Notes: a model not told the origin generated them from the sequence alone. Shown: positions 43,776 through 53,985, counted from the first letter of the stretch. The stretch is 64,000 bases of DNA from Patescibacteria group bacterium (GCA_041666205.1 JBAYHI010000005.1:20386-84385), one strand, 5' to 3'. Made by a program: numbers and translations.

Positions 43776-44408
43776 TTAGCGTTGGTAACAGTTAACAAGC
43801 AATCCGATGGCCGCCTTTGAGGCGATCACGTATTGGTATTTCACCAAATCGCGAACGTTCAAACTTCCAGCGCACATCGTGCATGTTTTTGGAATATTTT
43901 TTGACGCACGCACAACTGCAACATCTTTTGGTGTGGTCAAAATAAGTGTTGATTTCCCCTGACCTGGAAGAGATTTACGCAAGGCAATCATTTGCTTTGT
44001 TTTTGCGTCTCCAGCAGTGAATTCTTCTACCGCAAGGAATTGATCTGCGGCAAGACGATCAGACAAAACCATTGCGAGCGCTTTTCGTTTTGCAACTTTG
44101 TTCATTTTTTTGCCAAAAACACGCTTCGTGGTTGGACCAAATGTTACACCACCACCGATCCAAATTGGAGATCGGGAAGAGCCGTGACGAGCACGACCTG
44201 TTCCTTTCTGTTTCCATGGCTTTTTTCCACCACCACTCACTTCGCTGCGATCAAGTGTGCTCGCCAAGCGAATGCGGCTGTTTTCATCTTGTGCAACAAT
44301 GGCCTCATGCACGAGTTCTTTATTCATGGACACGGCAAACAAAGAATCCGGTACTTCTACCGTTCCTGTTTTTTGCCCGTCTTTACTGTAAAGCGTTACA
44401 TTTGCCAT
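43776..44408 (-). CDS. rplD: 50S ribosomal protein uL4
   Basis: MANVTLYSKDGQKTGTVEVPDSLFAV...SEVSGGGKKPWKQKGTGRARHGS. Confidence 0.9.
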   Translation of the reverse strand: MANVTLYSKDGQKTGTVEVPDSLFAVSMNKELVHEAIVAQDENSRIRLASTLDRSEVSGGGKKPWKQKGTGRARHGSSRSPIWIGGGVTFGPTTKRVFGKKMNKVAKRKALAMVLSDRLAADQFLAVEEFTAGDAKTKQMIALRKSLPGQGKSTLILTTPKDVAVVRASKNIPKTCTMCAGSLNVRDLVKYQYVIASKAAIGLLVNCYQR

Positions 44409-45019
44409 ACATTTCCTTTAGTTGAAACAATCGTAATGAAAGACCCTGGAGCTCCTGGAATTGCGCCTTTCACTGCGATCGTATTGTTCTTTGAGTCAAT
44501 TTCCACCACTTCCAAATTCTTGACCGTAACGCGATCTCCTCCCATACGGCCACCCATACGCATCCCTTTAAAGACACGCTGGTTTCCGCCCGATCCAATA
44601 GAACCGGAATGACGTTCTTGGTCTTTGTGACCGTGGCTTGATGGATGCCCGTGGAATCGGTGACGTTTCACAACACCCTGAGTTCCACGACCTTTTGTGG
44701 TTCCAACGACATTGATCTTTTCCCCGATCGTAAACGAAGCAACATTAATTTCTTGGCCTCGCTCAACAACATCCCCTTCTGAAACTGGGAATTCACGTAC
44801 GAGCGCAAACATCCCAAGATCGCCCCAATCCTCTCGTTGTGGCTTTGCAATGTTTTTCTTTGATCCGTAGCCAACACTCATGGTTTTTTGACCATTTTCA
44901 TTGGTACGAATTGCGGTCACGATACAAGGACCTGCTTCCACAAGGGTAACAGGAACAATGCTTCCGTCTTCACGGAATAACTGCGTCATGACTTTCTTTC
45001 TCCCTAAGAGGACTTTCAT
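44396..45019 (-). CDS. rplC: 50S ribosomal protein uL3
   Basis: MKVLLGRKKVMTQLFREDGSIVPVTLVEAGPC; start trimmed from ORF track. Confidence 0.9.
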   Translation of the reverse strand: MKVLLGRKKVMTQLFREDGSIVPVTLVEAGPCIVTAIRTNENGQKTMSVGYGSKKNIAKPQREDWGDLGMFALVREFPVSEGDVVERGQEINVASFTIGEKINVVGTTKGRGTQGVVKRHRFHGHPSSHGHKDQERHSGSIGSGGNQRVFKGMRMGGRMGGDRVTVKNLEVVEIDSKNNTIAVKGAIPGAPGSFITIVSTKGNVWQM

Positions 45020-45230
45020 ACTGCGAAGTTCATTAGGCTCTGGTATAAAAAACCAGAAGTTGTGATGCGTGTTTTGACCACACATAACAGCTTCTAGCCC
45101 TGAAAAAACAAGAGCCGATTGATTCAGGTTTTGCGATTGTGAAACTCTCCTTTATAAATCCTTTTCCCCGAAGCACGAGAAGGTTTTCCGCAATGGATCT
45201 CTCTTCTTGGTTCGTACGAAATGGTGATTG

Positions 45231-45285
45231 AAGCTTGCAGGCTTCCGGCAGATGAGTTTTGTCATCTCTCGGCAGCCTGCAAGAG
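45231..45285 (-). promoter_or_regulatory. long imperfect stem-loop (~22 bp arms) in the 270-nt rpsJ-rplC intercistronic spacer
   Basis: gcttgcaggcttccggcagatga-gttttg-tcatctctcggcagcctgcaag; the two arms are reverse complements with 2-3 mismatches. Confidence 0.35.
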
Positions 45286-45289
45286 GCTA

Positions 45290-45622
45290 CTACATTTTAA
45301 TCTCGACGTCTACCCCCGCTGGAAGGTTGAGGGTCATGAGAGCATCAACCGTGGCTGGAGTGAAATCCACGATGTCTACAAGACGCTTGTGAATGCGCAT
45401 CTCATATTGATCGCGAGATTTTTTGTGAATGAAGGTCGAACGGTTCACAGTATAGCGTCGGCGTTCCGTTGGAAGTGGAACCGGACCTAAAACACGTGCA
45501 CCGCTTCGTTCTGCGGTTTTGATAATCGTTTCCGCAGCTGCGTCGATGATCTTGTGATCATAGGCGCGAATCTTGATGCGAATTCGCTGTTTGGCTTCCT
45601 CCGTTTGTTTCGTCTGTGCCAT
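45290..45622 (-). CDS. rpsJ: 30S ribosomal protein uS10
   Basis: [52 protein letters not shown]. Confidence 0.9.
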   Translation of the reverse strand: MAQTKQTEEAKQRIRIKIRAYDHKIIDAAAETIIKTAERSGARVLGPVPLPTERRRYTVNRSTFIHKKSRDQYEMRIHKRLVDIVDFTPATVDALMTLNLPAGVDVEIKM

Positions 45623-45687
45623 AGATAAGGTACGTTCTTTCATGAAGAAGAGAGGAAAGACGGGATGTCTTCCCTCTCTTTTCAAAT

Positions 45688-46872
45688 TTACTCAAGAATT
45701 TGTGTTACAACACCAGCGCCAACGGTTCGGCCACCCTCGCGGATCGCAAAACGCATTTTCTCTTCCATAGCAACTGGTTGAATAAGCTCGATGGTGACGG
45801 AGTGCATGGTGTCGCCTGGCATAACCATTTCGGCACCTTCTCCAAGATCGATAAGTTCACCGGTTACGTCGGTTGTACGAACGTAGAACTGTGGCTTATA
45901 GCCCTTGAAAAATGGTTTATGACGTCCGCCTTCCTCTTTTGTGAGGGCGTACAATTCGCCAACGAATTTCTTATGTGGCTTCACGGATTTTGGTGCGGAC
46001 AAAACCATGCCGCGCATGACATCTTCTTTCTTGATTCCGCGGAGCAAGACACCGGCGTTATCGCCAGCCATGCCTTCGTTCAAGGTTTTGTTGAACATTT
46101 CGATTCCTGTAACAACGGACTGTTGTGTGTCGCGAAGACCGACAATTTCAACTGCATCGTTCACATGAACCTGTCCTCGCTCAATACGACCAGTTACCAC
46201 CGTGCCTCGTCCTTCAATGGAGAAGACGTCTTCGATTGGCATGAGGAATGGTTTGTCGATTTCGCGGGCTGGAAGTGGGATGTATTCATCGAGTGTTTTT
46301 ACGAGCTCGACAATAGACTTCTGAGCTTCGGCATCGCCTTCCACAGCTTTCAAGGCTGAACCACGAATAATTGGCGTGGTGTCGCCTGGGTAATGATATT
46401 GCTTAAGCAAATCGCGGATTTCCTCTTCAACGAGGTCAATAAGTTCTGGATCATCAACCATGTCAACTTTGTTGAGGTAAACAACAATTGTTGGCACGCC
46501 AACTTGATAGGCCAAAAGAATGTGCTCACGTGTTTGTGGCATTGGACCGTCAGCTGCTGAAACGACCAAAATTGCACCATCCATTTGAGCAGCGCCCGTG
46601 ATCATGTTCTTCACATAATCGGCGTGTCCTGGACAGTCAACGTGCGCATAGTGACGTGTCTCGGATTCGTACTCAACGTGTGAGGTTGAGATGGTAATCC
46701 CACGCTCGCGCTCTTCTGGTGAGTTATCGATCTGATCGTAGGCTTTTTTCTGACTTGCTGGTGAAAAAAGCGTTGAGAGCGCTGCCGTAAGCGTCGTCTT
46801 ACCGTGGTCAACGTGACCAATGGTTCCGACGTTCACATGTGGCTTTGCTCGGTTGAAGTTTTCTGCTGCCAT
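45688..46872 (-). CDS. tuf: elongation factor Tu
   Basis: [29 protein letters not shown]; 394 aa. Confidence 0.95.
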   Translation of the reverse strand: MAAENFNRAKPHVNVGTIGHVDHGKTTLTAALSTLFSPASQKKAYDQIDNSPEERERGITISTSHVEYESETRHYAHVDCPGHADYVKNMITGAAQMDGAILVVSAADGPMPQTREHILLAYQVGVPTIVVYLNKVDMVDDPELIDLVEEEIRDLLKQYHYPGDTTPIIRGSALKAVEGDAEAQKSIVELVKTLDEYIPLPAREIDKPFLMPIEDVFSIEGRGTVVTGRIERGQVHVNDAVEIVGLRDTQQSVVTGIEMFNKTLNEGMAGDNAGVLLRGIKKEDVMRGMVLSAPKSVKPHKKFVGELYALTKEEGGRHKPFFKGYKPQFYVRTTDVTGELIDLGEGAEMVMPGDTMHSVTIELIQPVAMEEKMRFAIREGGRTVGAGVVTQILE

Positions 46873-46929
46873 AAAAAAATGTGAATTGTGGCTTGAATTG
46901 CCTTTTTTATTTAGTTTTGAGGTGCGACG

Positions 46930-46958
46930 AGTATAACAAATGCCTCTAAATAATGCAA
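46930..46958 (-). promoter_or_regulatory. sigma70-like promoter TTGCAT-N17-TATACT dedicated to tuf
   Basis: On minus strand: -35 complement of 46953-46958, -10 complement of 46930-46935; ~55-nt leader to tuf ATG. Confidence 0.5.
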
Positions 46959-47024
46959 GTCCTTGAATCTATGAGGATTTTTGTAGATAATCTCAATCGA
47001 TTCTTGGCGAATAATAGCGAGTTT

Positions 47025-47381
47025 CTAGGATTCAATTGGCTCGAGATAAAACTGCTCTTCCGAAAGTGGTAAATCGCCATTTTCTTGGTTTTTTTGCTCT
47101 TTTACATCGGGCACAATTTTTTCCGGTTCCAATACGATTTTTTCTGACGCAGGTTCAACGCGCGTTTCCAAAAAATCCTCTGGGATTTCCTCAAGCGGAA
47201 TATCCTCGAGCGGGAGCTCTTCCCCATCCCAACATTCGCATGGGTGATCCAGGATGAGTTCCTCGTATAGATCGATCCCCAGGAGGACCATGGGCTCGTG
47301 ACCCTCGGGATCGGTCACAATGAGAGGTGCTCCGGTTTTTCGCGCAAGCGCCATAAGGCGCGCAAGTTGTTCTGAATTCAT
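47025..47381 (-). CDS. Phd/YefM-antitoxin-like N-terminal domain protein with long acidic Glu/Pro-rich tail (orphan; no toxin partner adjacent)
   Basis: N-terminus SEQLARLMALARKTGAPLIVTDPEGHEPMVLLGIDLYEELI parallels YefM (...[26 protein letters not shown]); C-terminal 70 aa ~40% D/E/P. Own weak promoter (TTGACC-N17-AAGATA at 47389-47417). Confidence 0.45.
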   Translation of the reverse strand: MNSEQLARLMALARKTGAPLIVTDPEGHEPMVLLGIDLYEELILDHPCECWDGEELPLEDIPLEEIPEDFLETRVEPASEKIVLEPEKIVPDVKEQKNQENGDLPLSEEQFYLEPIES

Positions 47382-47423
47382 ACCCGGCTATCTTATCCTA
47401 TTCATCGGCAAGGTCAAGATATA

Positions 47424-47462
47424 AAAAAGACCCGCCACAAGGGCGAGTCTTTTCGTTTTTTG
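47424..47462 (-). terminator. intrinsic terminator after fusA (hairpin gactcgccc-ttgt-gggcgggtc + T6 on minus strand)
   Basis: Seen directly; decouples fusA from downstream tuf. Confidence 0.55.
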
Positions 47463-47466
47463 ATTT

Positions 47467-49557
47467 TTACTTTGCGTTGCGCTTTTCAACAATTGCTTGC
47501 GCGACGTTATTTGGCACTTCGCTATACTTATCAAATTGCATGGTATAGCTAGCGCGTCCTTGGGAAACAGATCGCACGGTTGTGGAGTAGCCAAACATTT
47601 CAGCAAGTGGCACGAGTGCGCGAACCGTTTTCACATTTCCGCGATCGCCCATTTCTTGGATTTGAGCACGCTTGGAGTTCAAATCCCCAACGATTGCGCC
47701 CATAAAATCTTCTGGTGTCACAACTTCAACGCTCATGATTGGCTCCAACAGAACTGGCTTTGCTGCTTTTGCCGCAGTTTGGAATGCCATGGATCCAGCC
47801 ATCTTAAAGGCGGATTCGTTTGAGTCAACTTCGTGGTAAGAACCATCAAATACCGTGACAAGAATTTTGATCATTGGGTACCCAGCAACCACACCACGAT
47901 CCATCGCTTCGCGTGCGCCTTTTTCAATTGGCGAAATATATTCTCGAGGAATACACCCACCTTTTGTTGCGTCAACGAATTCGAAGTTCTTTGCTTCTGG
48001 ATTTTCGTTTGGTTCAACTTTGAGCCAGCAGTGACCGTACTGACCACGACCACCGGATTGTTTGATGTACTTTCCTTCGCCTTCGGCAGCCGTGCGAATG
48101 GTTTCGCGGTAGCTAACTTGTGGGCGGCCAACGTTGACTTCCACGCCGTATTCTCGTTTCAAACGGTCAACGATAATTTCCAAGTGAAGTTCTCCCATAC
48201 CCGACACGATCGTTTGAAGGGTTTCTTCATCGGTGTGTACTTTGAAGGTTGGATCTTCTTCCGCGAGTTTTTGCAACGCGATTGCCAATTTTTCTTGATC
48301 GGCTTTTGTAAGAGGCTCAAGCGCAAGCGAGATAACCGGTTCTGGGAAGATGATGGATTCAAGCACAATTGGATGATCTGGATCACAAAGCGTGTGACCA
48401 GTGAATGTTCCTTTGAGACCGACGGCCGCGGCAATATCGCCAGCGTAAACTTCCGTTACATCTTCGCGGTGATTTGCGTGCAAGCGAACGATGCGTGAAA
48501 TGCGTTCCTTATTTCCGGTGGAGGCATTCAACACATAGGTTCCAGCTTTGAGAACGCCGGAGTACACACGGAAGAAGGCAAGCTTTCCAACGAATGGATC
48601 GGCTGCGATTTTGAATGCAAGGGCGGCAAATGGGGCTTCATCGGATGCTGTTCGTTCAATCGGTTTTTGTTCTGCATCATCTGGATCAAACCCAACCATT
48701 GGTGGCACATCGGTTGGTGCTGGAAGATAATCCACAACTGCATCAAGCAAAAGCTGGACGCCTTTGTTCTTGAGAGCGGATCCGCAAAGAATTGGGAAAA
48801 TGTCAGAGTGAATCACGGCCTTGCGAAGCACGGGCTTCAATTCTTCTGTGGTGATTTCTTGACCGGCCAAATATTTATTCATGAGGCCTTCATCGTTTTC
48901 AACAATGGCCTCTACAAGTTGTGCGCGATATTCTTTTGCTTTTTCAACGTACTCAGCTGGAATATCAATTTCTTCAATGTTTTTTCCCAAATCGTCGCTA
49001 TACATGAACGCACGCATTTTCATGAGGTCCACAAGACCAATGAATCCATCTTCAACGCCAATAGGAAGCTGCAATGGGAATGCTTTCTTTGTGAGACGGG
49101 TGTGGATGGAGGCAACGTCTTTATAGAAATCCGCTCCCGTACGATCGAGTTTATTGATAAAACAAATTCGCGGTACATGATATTTGTCCGCCTGACGCCA
49201 TACGGTTTCAGATTGTGGCTCTACACCTGCAACGCCGTCGAAAACCGTAACGCCGCCATCGAGTACGCGAAGTGATCGTTCGACTTCAACCGTGAAGTCT
49301 ACGTGCCCTGGAGTATCAATGAGGTTAATGCGATGATCTTTCCAAAAACAGGTTGTGGCAGCCGCGGTAATGGTGATTCCGCGCTCTTGCTCCTGCTCCA
49401 TCCAGTCCATTTCGGCAGCACCTTCGTGCACTTCCCCGATTTTATGTTTCTTTCCGGTGTAGAAAAGCACACGCTCGGAACACGTTGTTTTTCCAGCGTC
49501 AATATGGGCAATAATCCCAATATTGCGAGTTCGCTCAAGTGGATACTCACGGGGCAT
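47467..49557 (-). CDS. fusA: elongation factor G
   Basis: [23 protein letters not shown], five-domain EF-G length (696 aa). Confidence 0.95.
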   Translation of the reverse strand: MPREYPLERTRNIGIIAHIDAGKTTCSERVLFYTGKKHKIGEVHEGAAEMDWMEQEQERGITITAAATTCFWKDHRINLIDTPGHVDFTVEVERSLRVLDGGVTVFDGVAGVEPQSETVWRQADKYHVPRICFINKLDRTGADFYKDVASIHTRLTKKAFPLQLPIGVEDGFIGLVDLMKMRAFMYSDDLGKNIEEIDIPAEYVEKAKEYRAQLVEAIVENDEGLMNKYLAGQEITTEELKPVLRKAVIHSDIFPILCGSALKNKGVQLLLDAVVDYLPAPTDVPPMVGFDPDDAEQKPIERTASDEAPFAALAFKIAADPFVGKLAFFRVYSGVLKAGTYVLNASTGNKERISRIVRLHANHREDVTEVYAGDIAAAVGLKGTFTGHTLCDPDHPIVLESIIFPEPVISLALEPLTKADQEKLAIALQKLAEEDPTFKVHTDEETLQTIVSGMGELHLEIIVDRLKREYGVEVNVGRPQVSYRETIRTAAEGEGKYIKQSGGRGQYGHCWLKVEPNENPEAKNFEFVDATKGGCIPREYISPIEKGAREAMDRGVVAGYPMIKILVTVFDGSYHEVDSNESAFKMAGSMAFQTAAKAAKPVLLEPIMSVEVVTPEDFMGAIVGDLNSKRAQIQEMGDRGNVKTVRALVPLAEMFGYSTTVRSVSQGRASYTMQFDKYSEVPNNVAQAIVEKRNAK

Positions 49558-49577
49558 AAAAAAGTTGGTAAAAGAGT

Positions 49578-50048
49578 TTAGTGACGAGCAAAGTGAGCAA
49601 AGGCACGGTTGGCTTCTGCCATGCGCTGAACATCAGCGCGCTTTTTAACAGCTTCTCCTTCATTGTTTGCAGCGGCCATGATTTCTGCAGCAAGGCGCTC
49701 TGCCATTGGTTTTCCTTTTTTGGCACGAGCTGCGGCAAGAATCCAGCGATATGCCAATGCATAGCGACGATCCCCGCGAACTGGCACTGGAACTTGATAG
49801 TTTGCACCACCAACGCGACGGGATTTTACTTCAACAGCTGGGATCGTATTTCGGAGTGCTGTTTCAAAAACCTCGTTTGGTTTCTGCTTGGTTTCTTTCT
49901 CAATGATATCAAATGCAGAATAAACCACGTATTCAGCAACGGTCTTTTTTCCGCTGAACATAACGTAGTTGATAAGTTTTGTGACGAGCACGCTTCCGTA
50001 TTTATAATCGGCTGGCAATTCTCGTTTTTGCGATTGTTTTCCACGCAT
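49578..50048 (-). CDS. rpsG: 30S ribosomal protein uS7
   Basis: [30 protein letters not shown]... Confidence 0.9.
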   Translation of the reverse strand: MRGKQSQKRELPADYKYGSVLVTKLINYVMFSGKKTVAEYVVYSAFDIIEKETKQKPNEVFETALRNTIPAVEVKSRRVGGANYQVPVPVRGDRRYALAYRWILAAARAKKGKPMAERLAAEIMAAANNEGEAVKKRADVQRMAEANRAFAHFARH

Positions 50049-50121
50049 AGGGCAGGTGTTATGCTCCGTTGTCTTCCCACCGTGGCGGTGGTACTCGGAG
50101 CTGAATTATTTTAGTTGAAAT

Positions 50122-50541
50122 CTATTTCTTTGGACGCTTGACTCCGTATACAGAACGGCTGCGATGACGACCTTCCACACCGGAAGTATCATATCGACCG
50201 CGAACAATGTGATAGCGCACACCAGGAAGGTCTTTTACGCGACCGCCACGAATCATGACGATAGAGTGTTCCTGCAAGTTATGCCCTTCCCCTGGGATGT
50301 AGGCGTTAACTTCAGCGCCGTTTGAAAGTCGCACACGCGCAATCTTTCGGAGAGCGGAGTTTGGTTTCTTTGGCGTCATGGTTGTAACACGCGTACAAAC
50401 GCCACGTCGAAATGGAGCACCGGCAGAAAGCTCGGTCTTTTTTCGGTGAAGCGTATCAAGGGTGAACTGCATGGCCGGAGATTTGGACTTTTTCTTCTGG
50501 CTTGTGCGTCCTTTTCGAATCAATTGTTGGATTGTTGGCAT
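50122..50541 (-). CDS. rpsL: 30S ribosomal protein uS12
   Basis: [12 protein letters not shown]...KKPNSALRK...; start trimmed to MPTIQQL. Confidence 0.9.
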   Translation of the reverse strand: MPTIQQLIRKGRTSQKKKSKSPAMQFTLDTLHRKKTELSAGAPFRRGVCTRVTTMTPKKPNSALRKIARVRLSNGAEVNAYIPGEGHNLQEHSIVMIRGGRVKDLPGVRYHIVRGRYDTSGVEGRHRSRSVYGVKRPKK

Positions 50542-50557
50542 AAAAAATTGTGGCGCA

Positions 50558-50586
50558 ACTGTATCACGCCCAAGAAAACCGGTCAA
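50558..50586 (-). promoter_or_regulatory. candidate promoter TTGACC-N17-TACAGT for rpsL-rpsG-fusA
   Basis: Minus strand -35 (complement 50581-50586) and -10 (complement 50558-50563); short leader. Confidence 0.3.
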
Positions 50587-50598
50587 GTTGGCAATATC

Positions 50599-51273
50599 CT
50601 AGAACAGCATCCCTAAAAGATTGGTGCAGGAAACGCCCATGAGCGCATTGCATGTTGCATAGGCCGGGGCGCTTACAAAGAAGAAAACATCGAAATTTGA
50701 AATGAGGGATAAAATCACAAGGACCAAAAGCACCTGTGGCCCATAGGTGGCGATGGCGATGCGAAGTCTTGCATGCTCGGGTTTGACGAGGAGCGCGTCG
50801 ATAATTTTTGATCCATCCAAGGGGGCAATCGGGATGATATTGAAAAATACCAAGAACAAATTGATAACGATGAGAAGCACTAAAAATGCTGGCAAGAGCG
50901 AGGTAAGACTCACCACGCCCGTAAGAATGAGCGCACGGAATGCAATCGCGGCGAGCGTTGCCATGATGATATTTGCCGCAGGACCCGCGAGTGCGATAAT
51001 CACAGAATCCCAGCGAGGATTTTTCAAATTGTATGGATTGAATGGAACCGGCTTTGCCCAACCAAACCCCAGCAGCAATAATGGAAGCAACCCAAATAAA
51101 TCCACGTGAGCCAGAGGATTGAGCGTAAGTCGGCCCATGGATTCTGCGGTGTGATCGCCCAAACGCATGGCCATATACGCGTGCGCAAATTCATGCACCG
51201 TCATGGCAATGATAATTGCAAACACCCAGACCAATGCGAGGATTGGCGTTGACAAGAGAAGGTTCAAAAACAT
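50599..51273 (-). CDS. site-2 protease family (peptidase M50) membrane metalloprotease
   Basis: HEFAHAYMA (HExxH) in TM helix, second motif LNPLAHVD...; 224 aa, multi-TM. Confidence 0.75.
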   Translation of the reverse strand: MFLNLLLSTPILALVWVFAIIIAMTVHEFAHAYMAMRLGDHTAESMGRLTLNPLAHVDLFGLLPLLLLGFGWAKPVPFNPYNLKNPRWDSVIIALAGPAANIIMATLAAIAFRALILTGVVSLTSLLPAFLVLLIVINLFLVFFNIIPIAPLDGSKIIDALLVKPEHARLRIAIATYGPQVLLVLVILSLISNFDVFFFVSAPAYATCNALMGVSCTNLLGMLF

Positions 51274-51275
51274 AG

Positions 51276-52571
51276 TTATTCGGTTTCAATTTGCGCACCA
51301 ATGCTCGCGAGTTTTCCGTACAAATCTTCGTATCCGCGTTCCAAGTGTTCGACGCCATCGATTTCTGACGTCCCGTCTGCTGCGAGCGCTGCAGCCACGT
51401 AGGCCAGTCCTGCACGAATGTCAGGAACGGTCATAGAGGATGCTTTGAGTGGCGTTGGACCTTTGATGACTGCAGAATGCTTATAGTTTTGATCTTTGAA
51501 TCGACACGGAAGTTCCCCAAGACAATTGGTGAAGAGCGTGATGTCTGCACCCATTTTTACGAGCGCTTCGGTGTAAGCGAACCGATCTTGCATAACGGTT
51601 TCGTGCACAACGGACGTGCCCTCGGCTTGTGTCATCACAACCACGAATGGCTGTTGCCAGTCCGTGGAAAATCCCGGATACGTATCGGTTTCAAGTTGAA
51701 TGCCGCGATAGTGCTCGCCGCCTTTGAATAGAATTCCGTCGGGTTGCGCTTCCCATTCCCCACCGATCATACGCACCGCATTGAGGAAGGTAATCATGTC
51801 GCGGTGGCTTGCGCCCTCGCAGAAAATTTCTCCGCGCGTGGCGAGTGCGAGACACGCAAACGACGCAACCTCAAGTCGATCTGGCAAAATGAAATGCTCG
51901 CACCCGTGCAATTTTTCCACGCCAATGATTTCAATTTCTCGGCCAGCGCCGGTTTCAATAATGGCACCCATCTTTTGGAGCATCATGATGAGCTCGGTGA
52001 TTTCCGGCTCAATCGCGGCATTCTTTAAGACCGTGCGACCTTCGGCAAGGACGCTAGCAAACAAAACGGTTTCCGTGGCGCCAACGGAAGGATATGGAAG
52101 CTCAATCGAGACGCCTTTCAATCGCCCATCAACAGACAAATGATACCCATCTTTTTCTTCTGAAACGACTGCACCCATCTTTTGCAATGCTTCCAAATGA
52201 AAATCTACGGGACGCGGACCAATCTTGTCGCCACCGACTTTAATAACGACCGCCTCGTGCATGCGATGCAAAAGGGGCGCTGCAAGCAAAATCGACAACC
52301 GATTTTTTCGGGTAAGTGCCAAAGTAGACGTTTGCGAAATCGTTGGCGTTGTTGCGGTAAGCGTATGATCGGCAAGCGCGGTTTTTCCGCCAACGAGCTC
52401 CACGAGTTCACGCGCAATATCGGTTTCCTGCTGAAGCGGGACGTTTTGAAGCGTCACTTCCCCATCCGTGAGGAGCGAGGCAATAATCATTTTAGACGCC
52501 GCATTTTTTGCGCCACTGATTTTTACACGACCCTTCAGCGGTTTTCCGCCAGTGATTCGAAGTTTTTGCAT
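51276..52571 (-). CDS. murA: UDP-N-acetylglucosamine 1-carboxyvinyltransferase
   Basis: MQKLRITGGKPLKGRVKISGAKNAASKMIIASLL...; EPT fold, active-site Cys region; 431 aa. Confidence 0.9.
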   Translation of the reverse strand: MQKLRITGGKPLKGRVKISGAKNAASKMIIASLLTDGEVTLQNVPLQQETDIARELVELVGGKTALADHTLTATTPTISQTSTLALTRKNRLSILLAAPLLHRMHEAVVIKVGGDKIGPRPVDFHLEALQKMGAVVSEEKDGYHLSVDGRLKGVSIELPYPSVGATETVLFASVLAEGRTVLKNAAIEPEITELIMMLQKMGAIIETGAGREIEIIGVEKLHGCEHFILPDRLEVASFACLALATRGEIFCEGASHRDMITFLNAVRMIGGEWEAQPDGILFKGGEHYRGIQLETDTYPGFSTDWQQPFVVVMTQAEGTSVVHETVMQDRFAYTEALVKMGADITLFTNCLGELPCRFKDQNYKHSAVIKGPTPLKASSMTVPDIRAGLAYVAAALAADGTSEIDGVEHLERGYEDLYGKLASIGAQIETE

Positions 52572-52644
52572 AAGATTTGGCTATTGAGCCATAACATTCA
52601 TGGTGCCACAGAACCCAAAAGCACTCAAGTGAGCGATGCACAAA

Positions 52645-52674
52645 CAAAAAATTGCCTTACAGCAATTTTTTTGG
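52645..52674. terminator. bidirectional intrinsic terminator aaaaaattgc-cttaca-gcaatttttttgg
   Basis: 6-bp stem flanked by A6 and T7. Confidence 0.45.
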
Positions 52675-52943
52675 CGCCTCACGACGGAAGTTCGTAAGAT
52701 TGGTCCTCTGCCACATGTGGGCATCGCGTTATCTTTGCGTGCGTCCAAGCCAAGGCCCGGATGTCGCTAAAGGATAATCGCAGCAAGACCGCTGAATCCC
52801 CGCACTCAAGCCTTGAAGGCTTGAAGCTAGACTGCGCAATTTCGCAGTGATCGGTCGGATTCTTTCAAACAGTGAATAGCCAATTACGCGCTTCCGTCTG
52901 AAGCACATTTATTATCCCGCGAAAGACCCATGGGCGCAATCAC

Positions 52944-52967
52944 AAAAAAATCGGGATAAGCCCGATT
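52944..52967 (-). terminator. intrinsic terminator after ndk (atcgggc-ttat-cccgat + T7 on minus strand)
   Basis: Seen directly. Confidence 0.55.
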
Positions 52968-53009
52968 TCTTCACAGGATGCACACAATTTTTGCACAGGC
53001 TAAATTCTC

Positions 53010-53477
53010 CTAGATTCCTTCTCCGATATGGAATCGATCTGTGAGTTTCTCGTAGGCGTAGATTTCATTTTCCTTGAAAAATCGTGCGATTTCTACAGTG
53101 GCGGATTCAGCCGAATCAGATGCATGGACCATATTTGAAGGCACATTCATCGAAAGATCAGCGCGAATCGTGCCAGCATCAGCCTCGCGAGGATTTGTAG
53201 CGCCAACGATTTTACGAACTTCCGAGATAACGTCCAGGCCCTCAAGTACCATCGCAACCACAGGCGTTTGCATCATATAGCGCTTCAAATCGCCAAAAAA
53301 TGGCTTTGCGCTAAGGTGGCCGTAGTGCTCATTGAGCGTTGCTTCGTCCAAAAGCATGAACTTCATGCCAACGGTCTTTAATCCTTTTCGCTCAAAGCGG
53401 GAAATAATCTCGCCGACAAGCTCCCGTTGCAAAGCATCGGGTTTCAAAAGGACGAGGGTACGCTGTATTTCTGCCAT
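53010..53477 (-). CDS. ndk: nucleoside diphosphate kinase
   Basis: MAEIQRTLVLLKPDALQRELVGEIISRFERKGLK...NMVHASDSAESA (active-site His). Confidence 0.9.
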   Translation of the reverse strand: MAEIQRTLVLLKPDALQRELVGEIISRFERKGLKTVGMKFMLLDEATLNEHYGHLSAKPFFGDLKRYMMQTPVVAMVLEGLDVISEVRKIVGATNPREADAGTIRADLSMNVPSNMVHASDSAESATVEIARFFKENEIYAYEKLTDRFHIGEGI

Positions 53478-53536
53478 AAAATTTTATTATTGGCTGGAAT
53501 ACTAGCAGATTTTATTTGGTTCGTCAAAAATTGTTT

Positions 53537-53556
53537 ACAGGGCTTTCAGCCCCTGT
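53537..53556. repeat. REP-like hairpin acagggctttcagcccctgt
   Basis: Same GGGGC...GCCCC design as the 5649/5699/5983 hairpins. Confidence 0.45.
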
Positions 53557-53561
53557 GTTGT

Positions 53562-53975
53562 CCTCCACTTTTCTTTGCTGGCCCAAAGAAAAGTGGAGAG
53601 AAAAGAAATGGCCTGCTTACGGCCCATCCCAGCCTTCGCGCTTGGCTGGCCCGGAAAAACGTATGAAGAACCAAACCACCCAGGGCAGGAACGTTTTTCC
53701 GGTCGGGCCTTGTTCGATAGCCTGTTTTTATTTGAATCGCCGGCTCGAGCATTGTCAAAGAGGAATCCGGCGTTCGGACAGGAATTGCACGGCCACCTCC
53801 GGCACATCCAAAGTTGTACGGGCATGGCGCGCCATGCCCGTACGCGGGATCCATTGCCGGAGACTGGCCGTGCCCTGGCCGACGACGGATAAGACAACAT
53901 GCCTCTTTGACAAGCGCAGACCCGGCAGCCAGTTTCTTTCCCTCCACTTTCTTTGCTGGTCCAAAGAAAGTGGAG
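53562..53975. repeat. composite repeat element copy 2 (hairpin - 87-bp core 53622-53708 - aaagaggaatccggc - ~170-bp insert incl. 28-bp perfect palindrome 53816-53843 - hairpin ctccactttctttgctggtccaaagaaagtggag)
   Basis: 87/87 identity of core with 5792-5878; terminal hairpins conserved; insert unique to this copy. Confidence 0.65.
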
Positions 53976-53985
53976 ATAACAGGAA

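Noticed and set aside
45700-46359. 219-aa + ORF, plus the 47833-48498 and 48667-49275 + ORFs
   Set aside because: Antisense shadows of tuf and fusA.
52572-53009. Specific identification of the ncRNA candidate as SRP (4.5S), tmRNA, 6S or RNase P RNA
   Set aside because: I could only find short partial matches (AGCCAAGGC, CCGGAUGU, ACAGAACCC on the opposite strand) and no consistent secondary-structure model. It is left as an unassigned ncRNA candidate rather than a named call.
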